Assembly (NCBI GenBank): GCA_025355565.1
Contig: JANXZK010000022.1
Coordinates: forward strand, 3,490 to 67,489
Origin: a bacterium
GTDB lineage: Bacteria; Patescibacteriota; Minisyncoccia; Phycocordibacterales; PALSA-1337
Length of the DNA stretch: 64,000 bases
Direction of reading: 5' to 3'
Position 1 is the stretch's first letter. Every line of letters begins with the position of its first letter. The notes below the pieces were generated by a model that searched no databases, had not been told where the DNA came from, and saw only the letters and a list, made by a program, of their open reading frames with translations. The position numbers were made by a program, and so were the translations under genes. Of this stretch, positions 56,778 through 64,000 are shown one piece after another.

Positions 56778-57789
56778 ATGTTGTTATTCTCGTACAAAAC
56801 AGATAGTAGTTGTTTTTCAAGTATTCAGTTTCAGCATTGTATGTTTTGGTATATGTCTTGGAAACATCCGAGAGATTTTCTGCAAACAAGAATGTATCGT
56901 TGGATTTTTGATAAGCCAGCAGCAGATATTTAGCCTTAAAGTAATCGACATTTTTTACATACCTTTGCATAAACTCATTTGATTCCGACAGTGCCCATGT
57001 ACTAACAAATAAATCAACATGTTCATTGGTTAGCAGTTTACCAATCTTTTCCAGTATTTTTTTGTCCAATGGTATTATGTTTATCAACCCCTTTTTTATT
57101 TGAATATTTTGGCCATGAACCATGTTGATAGCTGAGCTTCCAAAAATTGCTTTTAGGTAAAGAGCTTGAATATATGAGAATATGGGGATGTCAATGATAG
57201 TGTAGGTACAATCATAATTAATCTGCTTATATATCTTTGCAAGGTTGCCGTATCCTCCACCGACTTCAACAACATTGTTTATGTCTCCTAGTTTAGTTTT
57301 TGTTTCTAAGCAGAATTTTGTCAGGTGATAGAGGTGATGAATATTATTTCCAGATGTAAAGTATTCGATATCATTTAACATTGGTTTTCCGACGTTATAT
57401 TCACGTAAGATGTTTCTAGCGGAACGCAAATCGTAATGGTCAGAAATCAGTCGTTTTTGAATTTCTTTCCAACCTCGGAAACTATAAACGAACATAGTGT
57501 TCTTGATTACGGGGTAGTTGAGAAAAGAAAAAGAGAAGTTATGTAAATAATAGTTTTCGATTTCACTCGTGTTTTTTCTCCATTGATCAATCACAAAATC
57601 AGCATAATCATATTTGTCTTTGTTTTCCAGATATAGATTTTTCATTTCGTGATATATTGTTTTGTACAATTTCTGACCAATTCGTCTTGAAAACGGTGAG
57701 ACGAGTTGAGAATAAATGGTTTTATATAAATCTAAAACGGTTGTATTCCGTTTTATTTTAGAGACTAACTCCCGTATTCTATTTTTCAT
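56761..57789 (-). CDS. putative sugar O-methyltransferase
   Basis: VEVGGGYG, YTIIDIP and STWALSE motifs. Confidence 0.75.
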   Translation of the reverse strand: MKNRIRELVSKIKRNTTVLDLYKTIYSQLVSPFSRRIGQKLYKTIYHEMKNLYLENKDKYDYADFVIDQWRKNTSEIENYYLHNFSFSFLNYPVIKNTMFVYSFRGWKEIQKRLISDHYDLRSARNILREYNVGKPMLNDIEYFTSGNNIHHLYHLTKFCLETKTKLGDINNVVEVGGGYGNLAKIYKQINYDCTYTIIDIPIFSYIQALYLKAIFGSSAINMVHGQNIQIKKGLINIIPLDKKILEKIGKLLTNEHVDLFVSTWALSESNEFMQRYVKNVDYFKAKYLLLAYQKSNDTFLFAENLSDVSKTYTKTYNAETEYLKNNYYLFCTRITTYVQSR

Positions 57790-59047
57790 TTTTTTGAATT
57801 CTGAAATCAAATAATAATGCCATCCGCCCTATGCTATTTCCACCATAAATCAATGATCTCGGATTATTTTTGTCGTCAATAATCTCAATGCCTAGATTCA
57901 ACTTATGATCAAACGTCATTATCATTGGTCTGTGAATGTTGACATTGTAGAGAAATAACCCAGTATTGAATGTGAATGGCGGTATCTCGGCTGTGACTGA
58001 GTAATCACCTACCTCGAGGTTGCCGACATCCATCGTCTTGTCAGAAGGGGATGCGAGAAGCAATATTTCTCCTTGATCAAAGAATGCCAGTGACACCATC
58101 GTCTTGGTAAGTGGTTTGAAAACAGAAATATCTGTCTTGATAAAGAATCTTTCTGAGACCGGTATTCTAGCCGACGGTTTTTCATCTTTATCGAGAATAG
58201 TGACTCTGGAGATTTGTGCATCTTTGCTATTGTCAACGCTAAAATCAGTGATGGCGTTCGCGTGCTCGCCTTTGTTCAAATAGTGGTGTATCACCTTATC
58301 AGTGTCATCGAACATCTTGAACTCGCCTTTTTCGAGCAGGATAGATTTTTTGCATAGATTCTGTATAACGCCCATATTATGGCTTACGAACAATATTGTC
58401 CTGCCTTCTTTTTTTGAAATCTCATCCATCTTTCCTAGACATTTCTTTTGGAACTCCGTATCACCGACGGCTAACACTTCATCGACGATCAATATATCTG
58501 GTTCCATGTGAGCGGCGACTGAAAAGGCGAGCCGGACATACATGCCGCTCGAGTAATATTTTACTGGAGTATCGAGGAACTTTTCGATGCCAGCAAATTC
58601 GACGATCTGATCGAATTTCTTGACTATCTCTCTTTTTGTCATACCGAGGATCGCACCATTTAACATGATGTTTTCTCGTCCAGTGAGCTCTGGGTGAAAA
58701 CCGGTACCGACTTCTAGTAGACTGCCGACAGTTCCGTGAATCTTGATCTCACCAGTTGTTGGTGGTGTGATCTGGGAGATGATCTTTAGTAAAGTTGATT
58801 TGCCTGCACCATTTCTGCCGATGATGCCTATAACCTCTCCTTTGTTAACTGAAAAGTTTAGATCTTTCAGTGCCCAATAATCTTCTCTGGATTGGAAACC
58901 TGTAACTTGTTTCGCTTTTGCTTTTAGAAAACTAAACGGAGACTTGAGCGCATTCATTAAAACGTCGCGCAGAGATATGTATCTGCCTTGCTGATGGTTT
59001 ATGTTGTATTTCTTTCCTAGATTTTTTACTTCAATGATTGGTTCCAT
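57779..59047 (-). CDS. wzt: polysaccharide ABC exporter ATPase with C-terminal carbohydrate-binding domain
   Basis: GRNGAGKST, LEVGTGFHPELTGREN, YSSGM, VDEVLAVGD and VSH motifs. Confidence 0.95.
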   Translation of the reverse strand: MEPIIEVKNLGKKYNINHQQGRYISLRDVLMNALKSPFSFLKAKAKQVTGFQSREDYWALKDLNFSVNKGEVIGIIGRNGAGKSTLLKIISQITPPTTGEIKIHGTVGSLLEVGTGFHPELTGRENIMLNGAILGMTKREIVKKFDQIVEFAGIEKFLDTPVKYYSSGMYVRLAFSVAAHMEPDILIVDEVLAVGDTEFQKKCLGKMDEISKKEGRTILFVSHNMGVIQNLCKKSILLEKGEFKMFDDTDKVIHHYLNKGEHANAITDFSVDNSKDAQISRVTILDKDEKPSARIPVSERFFIKTDISVFKPLTKTMVSLAFFDQGEILLLASPSDKTMDVGNLEVGDYSVTAEIPPFTFNTGLFLYNVNIHRPMIMTFDHKLNLGIEIIDDKNNPRSLIYGGNSIGRMALLFDFRIQKNEK

Positions 59048-59052
59048 ATATT

Positions 59053-59877
59053 TTATACTATATCTGCGAAATACCTTTCGACTTTCTTAAATATATAAAT
59101 GCCTACGAACAGCAATACTAAGCATGCCACGAACGATATTCCGATAAGTTCCCAGTTGATGGGTGCCGTTCCCAATAGAGCAGCGCGAGCACTCTGTATC
59201 GCTCCAGTCATCGGATTTAGAGCTAGTAAGTACGAATACTTTCCAGCGATGCTTGCAGGATATATGACTGGTGTGATGAATAACAACATTTGGATGAAGA
59301 ATGGGAGAGCGTATCTGACGTCGCGATATTTTACATTGATTGACGCTAGAATGAGCCCGAAACCGACTGATGCCATGAATGAAATGATCAAGACCAGTGG
59401 GATCACGATGATGCTCGACGGTTGGGGTGCAAATCCATAGAAGATCATCATTACTGCCAAGATTATAGCGGCGATGAAAAAGTCGACTAATTTTGTTAAT
59501 ACTGACGAAAGTGGCAAAATTAGGCGAGGAAAATATACTTTTGTAATGATCGCTTGATTTGCAATGAGACAGTTGCTGGTTTCACTCAATGCCGTTGAAA
59601 AAAACTGCCAAAATAGGAGCCCTGTGAATACGAAGATAGGATAGGGGATGCCATCTGATGGGACCTTCGCAAGACTTCCAAAAAAAACAGTAAAAACAAC
59701 CATGGTTATAAGCGGTTGGAATATAGCCCATGCGATGCCGATCATCGTCTGTTTATATCTAACCTTCAGGTCTCTCCATGTAAAGAAATACAATAGTTCC
59801 TTGTATTGCCAGAGCTCTTTGAGATCAGATAGGTGAAAAAGCTTCTTTGGTCTGATGACCGTGACCTTTGTTGACAT
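59053..59877 (-). CDS. wzm: polysaccharide ABC exporter permease
   Basis: RDLKVRYKQT, KVYFPR, YRDV, TPVIYP and NPM motifs. Confidence 0.95.
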   Translation of the reverse strand: MSTKVTVIRPKKLFHLSDLKELWQYKELLYFFTWRDLKVRYKQTMIGIAWAIFQPLITMVVFTVFFGSLAKVPSDGIPYPIFVFTGLLFWQFFSTALSETSNCLIANQAIITKVYFPRLILPLSSVLTKLVDFFIAAIILAVMMIFYGFAPQPSSIIVIPLVLIISFMASVGFGLILASINVKYRDVRYALPFFIQMLLFITPVIYPASIAGKYSYLLALNPMTGAIQSARAALLGTAPINWELIGISFVACLVLLFVGIYIFKKVERYFADIV

Positions 59878-59996
59878 ATGCCCATCCTACCATAACCTTG
59901 CTCCCTTGTTGAGTATTTGCTATTTATTCAGTATGATGTATGAATTCTGCAAATTATCATAACAATCGACAGAAGATATCCACATTTAATACGTCT

Positions 59997-62324
59997 ATGA
60001 AAATAATAACCAAATATATTTCGATCGTCGCTCTGTTCCTGGTACCGCTCTTTCCCCTCATTGTCGCCAACTCCTATTTCTTCCCATTCATCACGGGTAA
60101 AGCGTTCTTTTTCCGTATTGTTGTGGAGATCGCCTTTGCGGCGTGGATTATTTTGGCATTTCTAGATGCCAAATATAGGCCAAGGTTTACTTTGCTCAAT
60201 GTCGGCGTAACATTGTTCGCAGTAGTCGCTCTCATCGCAGATCTCCTTGGTGTCAATCCGATGCGCAGTCTCTGGTCCAACTTCGAACGCATGGAAGGTT
60301 GGATAGTGATAGTACATCTATGGGCATTCTACATAACTTCAACAAGTTTGTTCGGTGCTTTGACTGCAACGGGGGCAGGCGCAGTGGCTGGTGGTACTGG
60401 TGGTGGAGCTGGTGCGGCATGGAAGAAGATCTGGCACAGATGGCTAAACTGTTCTCTAGCGATCGCCACAATCATCTCACTTTATGGTATCGGACAATTG
60501 CTCGGCTGGTTCGCTATCCACCAGTCAGCTGCTCGTCTCGATGCGACGATCGGTAACTCCGCGTATCTCGGTATCTACATAGTGATCCATATGTTCATCG
60601 TTGCCTATATGTATTTTGCCGTCAGGAGTGATGAGTTTAATGGAAAAAAATTCCTTCAATGGGCGTATCCGGTGTTATTCGTTTTCTTTGGATTCATCGC
60701 TCTCGAGACTCAGACTCGCGCGGCAGTATTGGGTCTCGGCACAGGGCTCATGATCGGGTTACTGCTTTACACGATCTTTGCCGGAAAGTCGCGCAATGGC
60801 TATGGTCATTTGCATGCCGGCCAAACAAACGCTGATCGTTCACACGGTGATATATCGATGTCGAGCACATCCCTCAACAAGAGCCGTAAAGTTACAGGCA
60901 TCATTTTTGGTGTGATCATCTTGCTCGGCATATCGTTCATCGTTGAAAGGAAACAGCCGTTCTTTGCGAACAGCCCGATATTTGGCCGCCTAGCTAGCCT
61001 CTCATTATCCCAGTTCCAAAATGAAGGCCGTGCATACATCTGGCCCATGGCGATAAAGGGTGGTCTAGAGAGACCTATCTTCGGATGGGGTCAAGAGAAT
61101 TTTAATTACATATTCAATGCCAACTATGCTCCGCAAATGTATGGTCAGGAACAATGGTTTGACCGCGCGCATAGCGTATTCCTCGATTGGTTCGTGGCAT
61201 CCGGATTCGTTGGTTTGTTCGCATATCTCGCTCTATTCGTGCTGGTCCTAATCACCATCTGGAAAGCTGACCTCTCGTCGTTGTCGGTGGCCAAAAAATG
61301 CGTATTGACAGGTCTCATCGTCGCTTACGCTGTGAACAACTTGGCTGTGTTTGATAACCTCGCGAGCTACGTATTCTTCTTTGCGGTTCTCGCATTTGTG
61401 AATTCATTCAGGGAAGGGAAGCAGATCCGCTCGCTCGGCGTAACTCCTGTCCGTATCGATGCTGTCGAATATATCGTCGCACCGATCGTCATCGTTCTTT
61501 TGGTGGTTGTCGTCTATATGCTCAACGTTCGACCTATCCAAGCCAACACTCGTCTCATTACCGCTTTGAGAAGTTGTGGCAGTGGCAAGCCGGATGCGTC
61601 CTTGTTCGAAAGCGCTCTCGGGGTGAATACGTATGTTGCTAACCAGGAGATCCGAGAGCAGTTGTTCTCATGCGCGACACAGGTCATCTCGAGCCAACAG
61701 AGCCCAAATCAATTGAAACAACGATTTTTCGCATTGACTTCTAGTGAGATCGCGGCACAGATCAAGGCGACTCCGAAAGATGCTCGGGCTTATGTTCTCG
61801 GCGGTTCATTCATGAATGATGTCGGTCAGGTAGCAGAAGGGTTGTCATTGTTCGAGAAGGCTCATGAACTCTCACCGGCAAAACAGTCCGTAAGTATTGC
61901 TCTCGCCAATGACTACTTGAGCGCCGGTAAGAAAGATGAGGCGGTCGCGCTCTTGGAACAGGCGTATCAGTCAGAGACGGATGATTTTTCAGCAAAAGTC
62001 TCATACGCGAGCGGTCTGGTTTTGACGGGCAAAGAAACAGAGTCTAGAGCTATGTTCGCCAATGATCCAGCGATCTTTGATACCCAACAGATGGCCAATA
62101 TCTTTGCGTCGCTGAAACAATATTCTAAGGCGATCGAGATCTATAACCAGCTGATCGGTACTAGTACCAAGGATGTGAATCTGATGGGATCATTGGCTCA
62201 ACTGCAATATACGGCTGGTTTGAAAGACGCGGCTGTGAGGACCTTGCAAAGTATTCTCGTCGATCATCCGGAGTATAAAAATCAAGTCGACGGGGCGGTC
62301 AAGCAGATCAGGAGTGGGAAGTAA
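59997..62324 (+). CDS. O-antigen ligase/O-oligosaccharyltransferase-like membrane protein with C-terminal TPRs
   Basis: About 12 TM helices, ERMEG, GN, TRAA, R..IW, P.FGWG.ENF and DRAH motifs; TPR helices. Confidence 0.87.
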   Translation: MKIITKYISIVALFLVPLFPLIVANSYFFPFITGKAFFFRIVVEIAFAAWIILAFLDAKYRPRFTLLNVGVTLFAVVALIADLLGVNPMRSLWSNFERMEGWIVIVHLWAFYITSTSLFGALTATGAGAVAGGTGGGAGAAWKKIWHRWLNCSLAIATIISLYGIGQLLGWFAIHQSAARLDATIGNSAYLGIYIVIHMFIVAYMYFAVRSDEFNGKKFLQWAYPVLFVFFGFIALETQTRAAVLGLGTGLMIGLLLYTIFAGKSRNGYGHLHAGQTNADRSHGDISMSSTSLNKSRKVTGIIFGVIILLGISFIVERKQPFFANSPIFGRLASLSLSQFQNEGRAYIWPMAIKGGLERPIFGWGQENFNYIFNANYAPQMYGQEQWFDRAHSVFLDWFVASGFVGLFAYLALFVLVLITIWKADLSSLSVAKKCVLTGLIVAYAVNNLAVFDNLASYVFFFAVLAFVNSFREGKQIRSLGVTPVRIDAVEYIVAPIVIVLLVVVVYMLNVRPIQANTRLITALRSCGSGKPDASLFESALGVNTYVANQEIREQLFSCATQVISSQQSPNQLKQRFFALTSSEIAAQIKATPKDARAYVLGGSFMNDVGQVAEGLSLFEKAHELSPAKQSVSIALANDYLSAGKKDEAVALLEQAYQSETDDFSAKVSYASGLVLTGKETESRAMFANDPAIFDTQQMANIFASLKQYSKAIEIYNQLIGTSTKDVNLMGSLAQLQYTAGLKDAAVRTLQSILVDHPEYKNQVDGAVKQIRSGK

Positions 62325-62351
62325 TTGAGTCTATTTATCCACACCCTGTCA

Positions 62352-62455
62352 TTGAAATTCTCGCCAATTCTTGCTATATTCACGAGGTGAGTAATCGTGT
62401 GGGCAGTATCCAAAGCAAATGTTTCGCAAAGTGTCCCCCTCGGGGGCCTTTTGCG
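62352..62455 (+). other. promoter plus terminator with no ORF between (possible ~70-nt sRNA)
   Basis: TTGAAA-N17-TATATT, then a hairpin cgcaaag..cccc-CTCG-gggg..ttttgcg. Confidence 0.4.
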
Positions 62456-62492
62456 TTATAGGGGCAATCAGTTATAATAGGCGAGGATTGTA

Positions 62493-62569
62493 CCAAATGA
62501 CGGCGACGGTTGTACTCACATTAAATTTAAACATTTTTATTTGGAGCTCGCACCCGTCGCCATCATTGG
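62493..62569. repeat. imperfect ~19-bp inverted repeat around an AT-rich core
   Basis: ccaaatgacggcgacggttg ... cacccgtcgccatcattgg. Confidence 0.7.
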
Positions 62570-62661
62570 GCGCAATAATAATGATGCATTGTTGAAATAT
62601 TTTGACGTAAGATTTTGCTCCAGTGTGGTCAGATCTTCTATACGCATGACATGAAAATGAT

Positions 62662-63702
62662 ATGAAAATCAGAGAAAATATACCGATAGCTCCATACACG
62701 ACATTTAAGATCGGCGGACCTGCCAGATTTTTTTGTTCGGTTACGAGTGAAGATGAATTGGTAGAGGCTGTAGGATTTTCTCGAGACAAGAAGATTCCAT
62801 TCCTAATGCTCGGTGGCGGATCGAACCTTTTGATCGCTGATAATGGATTTGACGGTCTGGTCATCCGAAATGAGATCATGGGTAAGAAATTTGTAGAAAA
62901 TCGAGGCGTAAAAGACGCAAAAGATTTCGTTTTGGTCGAAGCTGGTGCCGGTGAAGACTGGGAGTCTCTAGTTGCAGAAGTCGTCGCGAGAGGTCTATAT
63001 GGTATGGAGAATCTCTCATCTATACCAGGTAAGGTTGGGGCTTCACCAGTGCAGAATGTCGGAGCGTACGGAGTGGATGCTTCAAATATCATCCAGTCTG
63101 TTCGCGCGTTGGATACGACGACTATGGAGTTCGTCGATCTGTCAAATGCTGATTGTCTATTTTCATATAGAGACAGCATCTTTAAACATGAGAAAGGGCA
63201 CTATGCCATATCGAGAGTCACCTATAAATTGCAAAAAGATGGAAAAGTGCAGACTTCTTATAAAGGGTTAAAAAATTATCTGTCGGAGAACGGCATCACT
63301 GATCCTTCAATAATGGAGGTTCGCGACGCGATTGTAGAGATACGAAAAAACAAGCTACCAGATTGGACGAAGTGGGGAACAGCTGGTTCATTTTTCAAAA
63401 ATCCGATCATTTCTCATGAGAAGTTTCAAGAGCTCAAGGTCAGATACCCGGAACTCCCTGGTTTTCCAGAATCTGATGGTCGTGTTAAGGTCTCTCTCGG
63501 ATACGTATTGGACAAGATATGTAACAAAAAAGGCATAGTCATGGGCAATGCTGGTACTTATGAGAAACAAGCCTTGGTCATCGTTACGAAGCCTGGCGCG
63601 AAAGCGGCAGAAGTCATCGCTCTGGCACGAGATCTCATGAAGGACGTCTTTGATCATACTGGTATAAAGATCGATTCTGAAGTCGAGTGGGCGGTGGTGT
63701 AG
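62662..63702 (+). CDS. murB: UDP-N-acetylenolpyruvoylglucosamine reductase
   Basis: TTFKIGGPA, LGGGSN, IPG.VGA.PVQN.GAYG, YRDS.FK and AGSFFKNP motifs. Confidence 0.97.
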   Translation: MKIRENIPIAPYTTFKIGGPARFFCSVTSEDELVEAVGFSRDKKIPFLMLGGGSNLLIADNGFDGLVIRNEIMGKKFVENRGVKDAKDFVLVEAGAGEDWESLVAEVVARGLYGMENLSSIPGKVGASPVQNVGAYGVDASNIIQSVRALDTTTMEFVDLSNADCLFSYRDSIFKHEKGHYAISRVTYKLQKDGKVQTSYKGLKNYLSENGITDPSIMEVRDAIVEIRKNKLPDWTKWGTAGSFFKNPIISHEKFQELKVRYPELPGFPESDGRVKVSLGYVLDKICNKKGIVMGNAGTYEKQALVIVTKPGAKAAEVIALARDLMKDVFDHTGIKIDSEVEWAVV

Positions 63703-63753
63703 GTGCGTGCGTGTTTTTATTGGAGCTAAAATATGCTACAGTGGACTATCTTT

Positions 63754-64000
63754 ATGTCATTTTTCAGTAAATTAATGGGGGAATCGCACACCAGAGGTGT
63801 TAAAGAATTCCGACCTATAGTTGTGAAAGTCAATGCACTCGAAGCACAGATCCGAGCTCTTTCTGATACAGAACTTTGCGCAAAGACAGATGAATTCAGG
63901 AAACGATTGAGAGTCTCCAAGGATGAAGATGAGAATAAAGATGGGAAAATAGGCTCAAATGATACGCAAAATCGTACAGATGCGAACACTCTTTATGATA
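63754..64000 (+). CDS. secA: preprotein translocase SecA, N-terminus (truncated by window)
   Basis: Manual translation MSFFSKLMG...VNALEAQIRALSDTELCAKTDEFRKRL matches the SecA N-terminus. Not in the ORF track because no stop falls in the window. Confidence 0.85.
   Translation, partial: MSFFSKLMGESHTRGVKEFRPIVVKVNALEAQIRALSDTELCAKTDEFRKRLRVSKDEDENKDGKIGSNDTQNRTDANTLYD

Noticed and set aside
62472-63179. 235-aa minus-strand ORF
   Set aside because: Antisense shadow of murB with no recognisable domain.
1-64000. CRISPR array, cas genes, reverse transcriptase/DGR, integrase, transposase or prophage
   Set aside because: No regularly spaced 25-40 bp repeats and no ORF with the relevant motifs were seen. 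The repeats found have 7-16 nt periods without spacers.
1-64000. Alternative genetic code (UGA read as Gly or Trp)
   Set aside because: Conserved genes such as pyk, alr and mraY end at TGA at their expected lengths and are not fragmented.

Overview
Chromosomal fragment of a reduced-genome bacterium. It is most consistent with Patescibacteria/CPR (Parcubacteria-like): genetic code 11, mostly SD-less and apparently leaderless genes, pilin-LamG proteins, a coiled-coil SLT and an orphan VirD4-like ATPase. The taxon call is inference from gene content. In order: housekeeping genes (rplY, rnj, secG, alr) with two pilin-LamG paralogs; a self-contained ORFan cassette; an interrupted nuclease-like gene facing a predicted structured ncRNA; tuf plus the S10/spc ribosomal block ending at rplE; two tRNAs and a decayed PemK-like toxin; pyk and radC; an unusual peptidoglycan cluster (divergent MurD, LysW-like zinc ribbon, PLP enzyme, MurC/Mpl-like ligase, ATE/Bpt-like aminoacyl-tRNA transferase, MraY, NlpC/P60, ATP-grasp); rsmI; a ~19.5 kb AT-rich wzm/wzt glycan island with heptose genes; an O-antigen-ligase/TPR gene; murB; and the start of secA. 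Best novelty candidates: (1) the cell-wall peptide-tailoring cluster at 27.1-35.2 kb; (2) the nuclease-like gene plus convergent kissing-loop ncRNA at 12.2-12.9 kb, with an 82-bp hairpin insertion whose removal restores the frame; (3) an EF-Tu with a Planctomycetes/Verrucomicrobia-type switch I; (4) a family of 7/9-nt repeats that invade genes and spacers. All family assignments come from motifs read by eye; no searches were run.
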